Of a DNA stretch of 64,000 bases, positions 10,286-19,745 are shown one piece after another. The stretch is taken from positions 4,735-68,734 of the forward strand of contig CAZTJO010000006.1 in NCBI GenBank assembly GCA_964614095.1, read 5' to 3'. The stretch is from an uncultured Acidimicrobiia bacterium (GTDB taxonomy: Bacteria; Actinomycetota; Acidimicrobiia; Spongiisociales; UBA11373). How positions within the stretch are numbered: the first letter of the stretch is position 1; each line of letters begins with the position of its first letter. Below the pieces are notes generated by a model. That model was not told where the DNA came from, ran no database searches, and worked only from the letters and a program-made list of their open reading frames with translations. A program made the translations under genes and the position numbers.

Positions 10286-10878
10286 TTGCCAGACAGCGAC
10301 GACACACCGACGCTCGGGCGTGACCGGCTCCGCGCGCCATCCGTGAGCACGGCCGGGTAGAGGGGAATCTTCTCAAGGTCGACGATTTCCTCAATCACCG
10401 GGTCGATCCGGGACTGCTCACCTCCATCTGCGCCGATCTGGTCCAGCCCTTCCCCCCGCCCGACCTGCTGCTCACCGCCGAGGCCAGCGGCATATCCCCA
10501 GCGCTGGCCTGCGCTCTGCACCTCGAGGTTCCCATGGTCTTCGCCAAGAAGTACCTCGGGCCCGGTGGCCGCCATACGTTCTTCCGTGAAGTCGTCTCGC
10601 CGACACGCGGCTCGGAATATCGCGTTGAGGTTCCGCGCAGAGTGCTGCCCGCCGGTCTCGGCGCCCTCATCGTCGACGACTTCCTCGCCGGAGGCAGAAC
10701 CGCCGAGGCCCTTGGCGCAATAGTCGAAGAGGCGGCATGCACTGTGATCGGCCTCACTTTTGTCATCGAAGAAGCCTTCCAGCAGGGCAGAAAACGGCTC
10801 GATGCCCACAACTGGGCCGTCGCGTCGCTCGTTTCTATCGACTCGCTCGAAGGCGGCGTAATCAGCCTGGCCGATTGA
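10286..10878 (+). CDS. xpt: Xanthine phosphoribosyltransferase with an apparent single-nucleotide frameshift near 10337, so either a pseudogene or a sequencing error
   Basis: The frame-1 segment from 10324 encodes IREHGRVEGNLLKVDDFLNHRVDP...IVDDFLAGGRTAEAL, which is Xpt-like with a PRPP-binding motif, but it is preceded by an in-frame TGA at 10321 and has no ATG, GTG or TTG start. The N-terminal residues (..TLGRDRLRA) lie in another frame, starting from the TTG at 10286. Confidence 0.55.
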
Positions 10879-11002
10879 GCCCTAGGCTGAGCCGGCCCGG
10901 CCGGGCCCGGGAGCTCCGCGACGGCACTCCGCCAAGCCCTGATACGGCTGAGCCACCCGCTGCCGCTAATCTCCACCGGCGCAGAACTCGCGAAGGACGG
11001 CC

Positions 11003-11899
11003 TTGAACTCTCAACTGGCCCGCCAACCAACAAAGCTCGCCTTCCACGCCTCCCGCATCGTCATCGACATCGGCGTGCTCATGGTGCTGGGATCAATGAG
11101 CCTCCCCTTCGTCAACGCCGGGATGGGAAACCGGAGCGCCCTGGCCGCCGATGCTTTGCCCACCCTCGCCCTACTGCTCCCCATCTTTGTCATCACCCTG
11201 CTTCCTGATCACAGCGATCCCATTCCCGATGTGCTCGGCTGGCTCTCGCTGATCCTCGCATTCGCCGCCTTTCCCTATGCCTTGATCAAATACCTCGATG
11301 CCTCGACTCTGGCCGACGCTCTCGGCGGCAGCGTCGGCTGGGGAGCCCGCCTCCACGTCTTCGGTACCTTTGTCGTCATCGCCGGCATCGGCATCGGATT
11401 GGCCCGCAATCTCCTCAAGCTTCCCGTCACCGGCACCTATCCATCACGCCCCGAGGCCCGCTGGATCCGCCGTGGCATGAAAGGTTTGGGCAAAAAGACC
11501 GGTTCCGCCGCCATCCTGCAGCCGTCACCGGCTCATTTGGCCGGGCCCGCCCCCTCATCAGCCGAACCGGCCTTTCCTCCCGCCGGCGGTGCCGCGGGCC
11601 CCGGTCCCTTGACCGATACCGGGCCCGCGACGACCCCAGTCGAGCCGGCCTCCTCGATCTTTGATGCGCCCACACAGGTCATACCGGCGGCAAGACCAGC
11701 CCAAGGATCCCCCCGCCCCAGCGTGGACGACGAAGCCACCACCGAGGTGGTGCCCATCCCCAAGTTCCCGTTGAGCGGCACCCCGGCCCCGCCTTCCCTT
11801 CCCGTCGATGCCGGCCCGGCCCATGTCCAGCAGCCGTTGATCCCCGGCGTTGATGGCTCGGCCGATGAGCCCGATACCGGCGCCGAGCCCGGCGGCTAG
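11003..11899 (+). CDS. Hypothetical integral membrane protein with a long Pro/Ala-rich C-terminal tail
   Basis: Four predicted transmembrane segments followed by a roughly 140-aa low-complexity Pro/Ala/Gly tail. Its N-terminal transmembrane core is paralogous to the next gene. Confidence 0.55.
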   Translation: MNSQLARQPTKLAFHASRIVIDIGVLMVLGSMSLPFVNAGMGNRSALAADALPTLALLLPIFVITLLPDHSDPIPDVLGWLSLILAFAAFPYALIKYLDASTLADALGGSVGWGARLHVFGTFVVIAGIGIGLARNLLKLPVTGTYPSRPEARWIRRGMKGLGKKTGSAAILQPSPAHLAGPAPSSAEPAFPPAGGAAGPGPLTDTGPATTPVEPASSIFDAPTQVIPAARPAQGSPRPSVDDEATTEVVPIPKFPLSGTPAPPSLPVDAGPAHVQQPLIPGVDGSADEPDTGAEPGG

Positions 11900-11902
11900 C
11901 CG

Positions 11903-12286
11903 GTGCACCGGTCCCGCATCGTCGTCCTCATCGGAATCCTCATCACCGGCGTCGCCGTGCTCCTGCCCTTCACCCGTAGCCCCGCCGCGGGCACCGTGAA
12001 CGGCATCGACGGCGCCGCCTGGCCAGCGCTGCTGCCGCTGGCCATCGTCCTGCTCATCGCGGTGGTGGGCGACCGGGTCGAGGGTAACCGGCTCATTCCG
12101 GGCATCATCTCCACCATCTTCTCCTGCCTGGCTGTCGTCTTCACGGTCGTCAAGATCAACGACGGCCTGCTGTCGGTACGCGGCACCGAAGAGGCATCCA
12201 TGGGCATCGGCCCCTGGGTGCTCCTCGCCGGCACCGTCATCGTTGTAGCCGGCAGCCTGCTCGGCTTCACCCGACGCGTCGGCTGA
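11903..12286 (+). CDS. Hypothetical small integral membrane protein, a paralog of the upstream gene's membrane core
   Basis: GTG start. Shares the LPF..G..NG.. / IP.I pattern with the transmembrane region of the 11003..11899 product. Confidence 0.5.
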   Translation: MHRSRIVVLIGILITGVAVLLPFTRSPAAGTVNGIDGAAWPALLPLAIVLLIAVVGDRVEGNRLIPGIISTIFSCLAVVFTVVKINDGLLSVRGTEEASMGIGPWVLLAGTVIVVAGSLLGFTRRVG

Positions 12287-12329
12287 TTCCCCGCCCATCA
12301 GCGTCGCCGCGCCTCTAGTCTCCGCAGCC

Positions 12330-13226
12330 ATGCGCACACCTCGTGTCGCCTACCTCGCCCTCGCCGCCGCCGCCCTGCTCTTCGGATTGACATTTGTTGT
12401 CATCAAGGAGGTCGTCGTCGAGGGTGCCGTGGAGGGCTTTCCCCCGCTCGGGTTTGTGGGATGGCGGTTTCTGCTCGGCGCCACCGTGCTGACCGCCATC
12501 GCCCCGCCACGCAACGCCGCGGTCTGGCGCGATGGCACCATCGCCGGCCTCCTCCTCTTTGCCGGATACGCTTTGCAGACGCAGGGGCTCGCCACCACCT
12601 CGGCGTCCAACTCGGGGCTCATCACCGGCCTGTACGTCGTCTTCACCCCGCTGCTGGCCGCCGCGGTGGCCCGGCGGGCCCCACGCCTCCTCGTCGTAGC
12701 GGGAGTTCTGCTGGCTTTTGCCGGCCTGGCCGCTCTCACCCTCAAGACCGGCTTTGCCCTCCATGAAGGCGACCTCCTGACGGTGGGCTGTGCCATCTCG
12801 TTCGCCGCCCACATCGTGTACCTGGCCCGGGTGGCGCCGCGCCATTCGGTCGTCGCCTTCACCTCGGTGCAGCTGATCGCCACCGCCCTTTTGGGCCTGG
12901 CGTCCAGCGCCTTGCTCGAAGGATTCCAGGTCCCACCCGGGAAAGTCTGGCCGGCCCTGCTGCTCACCGGCCTCGCCGTGAGCGCCGGCGCCTTCCTGCT
13001 CCAGGTCTGGTCGCAGACGGTGGTGGGCCCGGCCCGCACCGCCATCCTGCTTGCCCTCGAGCCCGTGTTCGCCACCGCGGCCGCCGCGATTTGGCTCGGC
13101 GAGCGGCTGAGCGCCCGGGGATGGGCCGGCGCTGCGCTCATTCTGGCCAGCATCTATATCGTGCTGTCCGCCAGCGGCGAAGAGGACCAGCTACCCGCCG
13201 CCGAGGCTATCACCCCGGCCCACTGA
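12330..13226 (+). CDS. EamA/DMT-family transporter
   Basis: Ten predicted transmembrane helices with a duplicated EamA architecture (ALLFGLTFVVIK...; LLALEPVFATAAAAIWLGERL). Confidence 0.8.
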   Translation: MRTPRVAYLALAAAALLFGLTFVVIKEVVVEGAVEGFPPLGFVGWRFLLGATVLTAIAPPRNAAVWRDGTIAGLLLFAGYALQTQGLATTSASNSGLITGLYVVFTPLLAAAVARRAPRLLVVAGVLLAFAGLAALTLKTGFALHEGDLLTVGCAISFAAHIVYLARVAPRHSVVAFTSVQLIATALLGLASSALLEGFQVPPGKVWPALLLTGLAVSAGAFLLQVWSQTVVGPARTAILLALEPVFATAAAAIWLGERLSARGWAGAALILASIYIVLSASGEEDQLPAAEAITPAH

Positions 13227-13487
13227 GCCTCCCTGACGCGAGATGCCGGCCCGGTGGGCGCGAAGGGCCAGGCGCAGCAGGAAGAGGATCACAAAAAGCA
13301 GCAGCAGCAGCATGGCCACCAGCTCCGGACCATCGAAGTAGGAGGTGTGGCATGAACTCAGCCCCTCCTCACACAGGCCCCAGCCGTCACCGCCGCCGGC
13401 CAGGTCAAGCAGCACGAGCATGGGTATGAGAGTGACCGCCACGATGGCGGAGATGATCAGGCCGATGGCGATCCGAATTCCGGTCAC
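13191..13487 (-). CDS. Possible small membrane protein with two transmembrane segments
   Basis: GTG start. It overlaps the 3' end of the EamA gene by 36 nt, so it could be spurious. Confidence 0.3.
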   Translation of the reverse strand: MTGIRIAIGLIISAIVAVTLIPMLVLLDLAGGGDGWGLCEEGLSSCHTSYFDGPELVAMLLLLLFVILFLLRLALRAHRAGISRQGGSVGRGDSLGGG

Positions 13488-13552
13488 GTTCTGAGATTAC
13501 CGGCGCCCGGGCCCCGGTGGCAGCAGAAATCACAGCCTTGTAACCTCGCCCC

Positions 13553-15211
13553 ATGGAGCCCAAGGCGGGCCGATCGAGCCCAGACCAGTACTTCGAAGAT
13601 CCTTTCACCCCGGAGGAGAAGGCCGTGCTCAAGGGATTCTTCACCAATACAAGCGGGCCGGTCTTTGCCCTGACCAACCTGCCCGAGGTGGTGAAGGGAG
13701 CCCTGTTTGCCCGCTACAGCCGCTCCCCCAAGTCGCTGCGCCGTCTCTTCCTCGACGAGTTCTACGATTCACCAGAAGTGGCCCGGTCCCCCGAAGCTAC
13801 GGCCGCCGGAGCCGCGCCCGTTTCTACCCGGCGGGCCGAGGATCTCTACCAGAAGGTGTTCACCGAGTACGGGGACGATTCCGTAGCTCAGCTCGGAGGT
13901 GTGCACCTCGCCTGCGAGCAGGCCTCCAACATCCTCACCAAGGTCCTGGAGTGGGGGCGCCTTGCCGCCTACCTCGAGCAAAGCACGCGCTACATGCTCT
14001 ACGACCGTCCCCGCCAAGGCCGTTACCGCTACCTGGTGCCGCCCGAGGTGGCTGCCTCCCCTCTCGCCACCGAGTACCGCGATGCCATCGATTCCCTCTT
14101 TGACACCTATGGAGCGCTCACCCAACCGCTCTTCAGCTTCTACGAAACGTTGTCTCCCCGGGAGGCCGGGGATTCGGAGTACGTGCACCGCTCTGCGGTG
14201 CGGGCCCAGGTGTGCGACGACCTTCGCGGCCTCTTGCCGGCTGCAACCCTCTCCAACCTGGGGATCTACGCCAACGGCCAGGCCTACGAGATGCTCCTGC
14301 TGCGTATGCGGGCACACCCTCTGGCCGAGGTCCGCGACTACTCCAATCTCATGCTCACCGAACTGCGCAAGGTGATCCCCTCGTTTTTGCGCCGCGTCGA
14401 CATGCCCGACCGAGGCGTGGCATGGAGCAGCTACCTAGAGACAACGGCGCAGGACATGCGCAAAATCGCCACCGCCTTCGCCGCAGAGGTGGAGTCAAGG
14501 CCCCAGGTCAGCCTCGTCGAATGGGACCCCGACGCCGAGACCAAAATCGCCGCCGCCGCCCTCTACCCGCACACTGATCTCCCCGACGACCAACTGCTGG
14601 CCGCCGTCCGCCGCCTCGACGCCGATGAGCGCCTCCGCATCATCCAGGCTTATGTCGGAGAGCGCACCAACCGCCGCCATCGTCCGGGACGGGCGCTGGA
14701 GCGGACCGGCTACCGCTTTGACCTGCTCTGCGACTACGGAATCTTTCGTGACCTGCAGCGGCACCGCATGCTGACCCTTGAGTGGCAGCCCCTGGGCACC
14801 AGCCATGGCTACATCGTCCCGGCGGCGCTGAGCGAAATCGGAGCCGCCGAACGGTGGCACGCGGCCATGGGGCGGGCCACCCGCCTCCACACCCGCCTCT
14901 CCGACACCGTCGGCAGCAACGTTTCGCAGTACGTGGTGCCCTTCGCATTCCGGGTGCGGTTCTCCATGCAGATGACCACTCGCGAAGCGATGCATATGTT
15001 CGAGCTGCGAACGCAACGTGGAGGGCACGACGCCTACCGGCGGGTATGCCGTGAGATGCACCGCCTCATCGCCGAAAAGGCGGGCCATTCCGCCATCGCC
15101 GCGGCCATGCGGTTTGTCGACCATTCCGATTATGGGCTGGAGCGCCTCGACTCGGAGCGCAGAGCAGCGGCGCGGCGAGCCGCCGCCGGCGTCGCCGAGC
15201 CTGAAGATTGA
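13553..15211 (+). CDS. Large ThyX-like protein (Thy1/flavin-dependent thymidylate synthase-like fold, tandem degenerate motifs)
   Basis: The N-terminal ALFARYSRS resembles the ThyX AARVSF region, and FRDLQRHRMLTLEW resembles the ThyX F..RHR motif. However, the canonical RHRx7S serine is absent and the protein is about twice the usual ThyX length. Confidence 0.4.
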   Translation: MEPKAGRSSPDQYFEDPFTPEEKAVLKGFFTNTSGPVFALTNLPEVVKGALFARYSRSPKSLRRLFLDEFYDSPEVARSPEATAAGAAPVSTRRAEDLYQKVFTEYGDDSVAQLGGVHLACEQASNILTKVLEWGRLAAYLEQSTRYMLYDRPRQGRYRYLVPPEVAASPLATEYRDAIDSLFDTYGALTQPLFSFYETLSPREAGDSEYVHRSAVRAQVCDDLRGLLPAATLSNLGIYANGQAYEMLLLRMRAHPLAEVRDYSNLMLTELRKVIPSFLRRVDMPDRGVAWSSYLETTAQDMRKIATAFAAEVESRPQVSLVEWDPDAETKIAAAALYPHTDLPDDQLLAAVRRLDADERLRIIQAYVGERTNRRHRPGRALERTGYRFDLLCDYGIFRDLQRHRMLTLEWQPLGTSHGYIVPAALSEIGAAERWHAAMGRATRLHTRLSDTVGSNVSQYVVPFAFRVRFSMQMTTREAMHMFELRTQRGGHDAYRRVCREMHRLIAEKAGHSAIAAAMRFVDHSDYGLERLDSERRAAARRAAAGVAEPED

Positions 15212-15218
15212 ACGCGGT

Positions 15219-15431
15219 TCAGCCGCTCAGTGGAATGCGGAGGACAAGCTCTTCGCCCTCAACCGTCCATGACGCCGACGCCACGATTCGGTAATCCAGG
15301 TGATCCTGCTCGGCCGACTCGATGTATTTGCGCCGTGCCTCGCCTTCGATCGGCGGGACTCCGCGTTCCTTGACCGCGTCCGCCCGTTGCTGGAATCGTT
15401 CGATAAAGGCGTCCACGTCGAAGCTGGCCAT
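15219..15431 (-). CDS. Hypothetical small protein of 70 aa
   Basis: A good GGAGGG Shine-Dalgarno sequence lies 3 nt upstream of the ATG, and the product is an acidic, non-repetitive sequence. Confidence 0.4.
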   Translation of the reverse strand: MASFDVDAFIERFQQRADAVKERGVPPIEGEARRKYIESAEQDHLDYRIVASASWTVEGEELVLRIPLSG

Positions 15432-15603
15432 CTTCCCTCCGTCTGCGCGGCGCCTACCAGGCTAGAGGTGACGCCGTGGCCGTCGCGAATTCTCCGTGCC
15501 GGCCCGCGCCGGCGCCGGTCCAATCCTGCGATTCCCCCTCAGCAGCGGTGGGCACCGTCTCGCAGGTCGAGGACCATCGTGTCGGCGTAGCCGTCGCTCC
15601 CCA

Positions 15604-16203
15604 CTACCACGTAGCCCTCACCGGCGTACAACTGGCGAGCCAGGCACGCTCGACGCTGAGACTGATCTTGCGCGTCCCACATTCCCGGGCCCTGCGGACC
15701 AACTCGCGCAGCAGAGCCCGGCCCACTCCCCGTCTTCGCCACTCCGGGACTACGCCAATCGACAACTCGGGCACGTCATCCGCAACGTATCCATACCCGA
15801 GATACTCCGACGTGAAGAGGCGCAGCCAGGCGGCACCGATCGGGCTGGCTTCCTCGGCAACCACCCCGGTCTCCCCGGAACGAGGCCACTCGTGCACATA
15901 GCGGGTCAGGGCCGGGTCGGCCCTGACCTCGTCGGGCGGGATCCTTGGCCGGTTGTCCCAGTTCGCCGCCTCGACGAGCATACTGAACAGGAAGGGCCCA
16001 TCCTCCGGCGAGGCATCACGCCATCGGATCTTCTCCAGTACCAGGCCAGCCTGCCCGGCTGCTGCGGAATCTGCAACAGCGGCGCAGCAGGGCTCAGCGA
16101 AGGATCGCCTCCGGGCCGAGCAGCTCCCGCAACTCGGCGTAGAGAGCGGTGCGAGGCTCGACACGGTGCTCCTCCCCGAGCCGCACCACCGTGTCGTCAC
16201 CAT
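15604..16203 (-). CDS. GNAT-family N-acetyltransferase
   Basis: The C-terminal core VVPEWRRRGVGRALLRELVRRARECG is an acetyl-CoA binding motif. There is no canonical start between the dnaE stop (16094) and the GNAT core, so the start either overlaps the dnaE 3' end or is non-canonical. Confidence 0.6.
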   Translation of the reverse strand: MVTTRWCGSGRSTVSSLAPLSTPSCGSCSARRRSFAEPCCAAVADSAAAGQAGLVLEKIRWRDASPEDGPFLFSMLVEAANWDNRPRIPPDEVRADPALTRYVHEWPRSGETGVVAEEASPIGAAWLRLFTSEYLGYGYVADDVPELSIGVVPEWRRRGVGRALLRELVRRARECGTRKISLSVERAWLASCTPVRATW

Positions 16204-19200
16204 CACCGACCATGTGCACAAACACATAAGTGTCGCCGGGGTGGTTCTCTAGAACGGCTCGAAGACGGGCCACAAAGTCATGCGACATGCGTATCGACGG
16301 GATCCGAAGCCGCACCGATCGGTCCACGCTCAGGTCGGGCTCGGAAATGCCCTGGGAGATCAGCTTCACCGAATCGCCGCGCTGGTCCACACGTCCCGAC
16401 ACGGTGAGGATGGCGTCGGGCCTGATCAGGGTGCCGCTCGCCGCCACGGTCCTCGGGAAACAGACCACCTCCACGCTTCCCCCAAGATCCTCGAGCTGGA
16501 AGAAGATCATCGGTTCACCGTTTTTTGTATAGCGGCGGGTGATGCCGCCGACGATGCCCCCCACCGTGGCGCCTTCACCGTCCTTGGCGTCGGTGAGGCC
16601 ATCAATTGTCGATGTTGCCACGGCCCGCAGCGCACCCTCAACCCCAAAAAGCGGATGATCCGACACGTAGAGGCCCAGCATCTCCTTCTCGAAGGCAAGC
16701 CGCGTCTGCTTGTCCCACTCCATTTCCGGTATCTCCGCCGCGGCGGACTGCAACGCAGGGTCCCCCGCCCCAAAAAGGCTGAACTGGCCCATATCCTCGG
16801 CGCGCCGCCGCGTCACCGCGGCATCGATCACCTGGTCATAGACGGCCAGCACGCCCTTGCGTGGGGCACCGGTGCCGTCGAAGGCTCCCGCCTTGATCAG
16901 AGACTCCACGGTTCGTTTGTTCAGCACACTCAGATCAACCCGATCCACAAAGTCCTGGAAGCTGGCGTATTCGCCGTCTTTCCTTCGCTCCTCCGTGATC
17001 AGGTCCACCACCCGCTCGCCCACGTTGCGCACTGCCGAAAGGCCGAACAGCACCGTGTTGTCGCGGGCAACAAAATCCGATTCCGATCTGTTCACATCGG
17101 GTACAAGCACCTGCAGATTCATGGCACGGCACTCGTTCAGGTAGAGGGCCGTGCGATCCTTGTCCCGCTTCACCGAGGTAAGCAACGCCGCCATGTACTC
17201 CGCCGGGTAGTGCACCTTCAGCCATGCCGTCTGGTAGGCGACGATGGCATAGCCGGCAGCGTGGGACCGGTTGAAGCCGTATCCGGCAAAGTGGGATATC
17301 GCCTCAAAAAGGCTGCGGGCCAGGTCCTCGGAGTGTCCCTGCTCGGTGCAGCCGCGGACAAACTGCTCCTGCTGCTGCGCCATTACGGCAGGAATCTTTT
17401 TGCCCATGGCCTGGCGCAGGCCGTCTGCCTCCGCCATGGTGAAGCCGGCCATGATTCGGGCCGCCTCCATGACCTGCTCCTGGTACACCATGATCCCGTA
17501 CGTCGCCTCGAGCACCTCACTGAGATCGGGGTGGGGATATTCCACCGCGATGCGGCCGTTCTTGCGGTCGGCATAGAGATTGTGAGTGCCCGCACCCAGG
17601 GGGCCGGGACGGTACAGCGACACGAGGGCGATCAGGTCCTCGAAACGATCGGGTCCCAGGTTCCTCATCAGGGCCCGCATGCCCGACCCCTCGAGCTGGA
17701 AGATCCCCATCGAGTCGCCCCGAGACAGCATCTCGTATACCGCGGCGTCATCAAGCGACACCGAATCGATGTCGGGCCGGGCACCGGTCCCGTCCTCGAT
17801 GAGCTCCAGCGCTCTCTCGATGGTCGAGAGGTTGCGCAGGCCGAGAAAGTCCATTTTGAGCAGCCCCAGCTCCTCGATGGCGTGCATCTCGAATTGGGTG
17901 ACGACCTCGGCGTCCTCTCCCTTCTGCTGCACGGGCACGATCTCGGTGATCGGGTCCGGTGTGATGACCACGGCGGCGGCGTGGATGGAATCCTGACGCC
18001 GCAATCCCTCCAAACCGCGGGCAGTATCGATGATGCGGCGAGCGTCGGGATCGCCGTCGTACATGTCGCGCAGCCCGGCAGCGTTGGTGTGATAGTCCCG
18101 AATCGTCGACTCGGCATCGGCCGGCGGCGGTTCAAGGCACTGCCCCAACGTGGCTTCGCGCCCGAGTATGGCCGGCGGCATCGCCTTGGCGATACGATCG
18201 CCCACCGAGTAGGGATAGCCCAGCACGCGGGCCGAATCGCGCACGGCCTGCCGCCCTTTGATGGTGGAGAAGGTGACGATCTGGGCCACGTGGTCGGATC
18301 CGTAGCGCTCGGCCACGTAGCGGATCATCTCCCCCCGATAGCGCTCGTCGAAGTCCATGTCGATATCGGGCATCTGCCGGCGTCCCGGGTTGAGGAACCG
18401 CTCAAAGATCAGTCCGAACTCGAGGGGATCGAGATCGGTGATGCGCAGGCAGTACGAGACGATCGAGCCGGCGGCGCTGCCCCGGCCCGGACCGGTGCGG
18501 ATGCCCTGCTCCCGAGCGTGGCGCATGAGATCCCAGACGATCAGAAAGTACGAAGGGAAACCCATACTCTCGATGACACGAAGCTCGTACTCGAGACGCT
18601 CGGTGACTTCGGCGGGTATCGGGTCGCCGTAGCGCTCCCGCGCCCCCTCCACGGCCAGCTCTCGCAGAAAGGACACCTCGGTGTGGGACTGGGGCACCGG
18701 GAATTGGGGCAGGAAGATCTGACCGAACTCCATTTTCAATTCGGCCCGCTCTGCGATGAACAGCGTGTTGTCGCATGCCCCGGGGAATCTGTCATCCGGG
18801 AAGAGGTCGCGCATCTCCTGCGCCGTGCGCACGTAGTAGCCCGAGCCGCCAAAACGAAAGCGGCCCTCGTCGGCCATCTTTGCTCCGGTCTGGATGCAGA
18901 GCAGGGCGTCGTGGGTCTCCGCCTCGTCGGCGCGGGTGTAATGGCAGTCGTTGGTGGCGATCAGCGGTGCACCGATCTTGTCGGCGATGCTCATGAGGTC
19001 CGGCAGCACCCGCTGCTGCGCCGGAACACCGTGGTCCATGACCTCGAAGTAGAAGCTGTCCTTGCCGAAGATGTCCTGGTACATGGCCGCCGCCTCGAGG
19101 GCAGCCTGGTAATCGCGCTCCACCCCAAAGTTGCCTTCCTCGTCGTAGGCATCAGGCGCCAGTAGCTGAGGAACGTGACCGCCCAGGCAGCCGGTTGTCC

Positions 19201-19603
19201 CCAGAAGCCCGGCTGAGTATTCGGCCAGGAGCTCAACATCCATTCGCGGCTTGTAGTAGAAGCCCTCGAGAAAAGCCCTGCTCGCCAGTTTGATGAGATT
19301 CCGGTAGCCGGTCTGGCTGAGCGCAAGCAGGGTGATGTGGTAGCGGATGTCGTCACGCCGCGGCGGTCGATCGAAACGCGATCCTGGAGTCAGGTAGGCC
19401 TCGATGCCGATGATGGGTTTTACCCCGACCGCGGTCGCCGCCTTATAGAAATCCACCGCCCCGTACAGAACGCCGTGGTCGGTGATGGCCGCCGCCGGCT
19501 GGCCGTCGGCGGCCACGGCCTCGACGACGTCCGCCACCCGAGCGGCTCCATCCAGCATCGAATACTCGGTATGGAGATGCAGATGAACAAACGATTTTTT
19601 CAC
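16094..19603 (-). CDS. dnaE: DNA polymerase III alpha subunit
   Basis: 1169 aa. The N-terminal PHP domain MKKSFVHLHLHTEYSMLDGAA leads into a full-length DnaE. Confidence 0.95.
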   Translation of the reverse strand: MKKSFVHLHLHTEYSMLDGAARVADVVEAVAADGQPAAAITDHGVLYGAVDFYKAATAVGVKPIIGIEAYLTPGSRFDRPPRRDDIRYHITLLALSQTGYRNLIKLASRAFLEGFYYKPRMDVELLAEYSAGLLGTTGCLGGHVPQLLAPDAYDEEGNFGVERDYQAALEAAAMYQDIFGKDSFYFEVMDHGVPAQQRVLPDLMSIADKIGAPLIATNDCHYTRADEAETHDALLCIQTGAKMADEGRFRFGGSGYYVRTAQEMRDLFPDDRFPGACDNTLFIAERAELKMEFGQIFLPQFPVPQSHTEVSFLRELAVEGARERYGDPIPAEVTERLEYELRVIESMGFPSYFLIVWDLMRHAREQGIRTGPGRGSAAGSIVSYCLRITDLDPLEFGLIFERFLNPGRRQMPDIDMDFDERYRGEMIRYVAERYGSDHVAQIVTFSTIKGRQAVRDSARVLGYPYSVGDRIAKAMPPAILGREATLGQCLEPPPADAESTIRDYHTNAAGLRDMYDGDPDARRIIDTARGLEGLRRQDSIHAAAVVITPDPITEIVPVQQKGEDAEVVTQFEMHAIEELGLLKMDFLGLRNLSTIERALELIEDGTGARPDIDSVSLDDAAVYEMLSRGDSMGIFQLEGSGMRALMRNLGPDRFEDLIALVSLYRPGPLGAGTHNLYADRKNGRIAVEYPHPDLSEVLEATYGIMVYQEQVMEAARIMAGFTMAEADGLRQAMGKKIPAVMAQQQEQFVRGCTEQGHSEDLARSLFEAISHFAGYGFNRSHAAGYAIVAYQTAWLKVHYPAEYMAALLTSVKRDKDRTALYLNECRAMNLQVLVPDVNRSESDFVARDNTVLFGLSAVRNVGERVVDLITEERRKDGEYASFQDFVDRVDLSVLNKRTVESLIKAGAFDGTGAPRKGVLAVYDQVIDAAVTRRRAEDMGQFSLFGAGDPALQSAAAEIPEMEWDKQTRLAFEKEMLGLYVSDHPLFGVEGALRAVATSTIDGLTDAKDGEGATVGGIVGGITRRYTKNGEPMIFFQLEDLGGSVEVVCFPRTVAASGTLIRPDAILTVSGRVDQRGDSVKLISQGISEPDLSVDRSVRLRIPSIRMSHDFVARLRAVLENHPGDTYVFVHMVGDGDDTVVRLGEEHRVEPRTALYAELRELLGPEAILR

Positions 19604-19745
19604 CCGACGGACCGCTCCCGAACTACAGACCTGTAAGACCCGCGCACCTTACCAGCCATGCCGCACCGACGCTCCGTGCCGATCGAGCATGCTGAGGCCT
19701 CTACAATCCCGCTGCGGAAACACAGCTACTCGTCTGGGGGAACCC

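Noticed and set aside
10261-10809. 182-aa minus-strand ORF opposite xpt
   Set aside because: It is antisense to the recognisable Xpt frame and has no motifs.
11558-12337. 259-aa minus-strand ORF with Gly/Asp/Arg repeats
   Set aside because: It is antisense to the two membrane-protein genes, which have clear transmembrane topology. The ORF itself is low-complexity.
16280-19165. 961-aa ORF on the plus strand
   Set aside because: It is entirely antisense to dnaE. The product is Arg/Gly/His-rich and low-complexity, a typical high-GC artefact.
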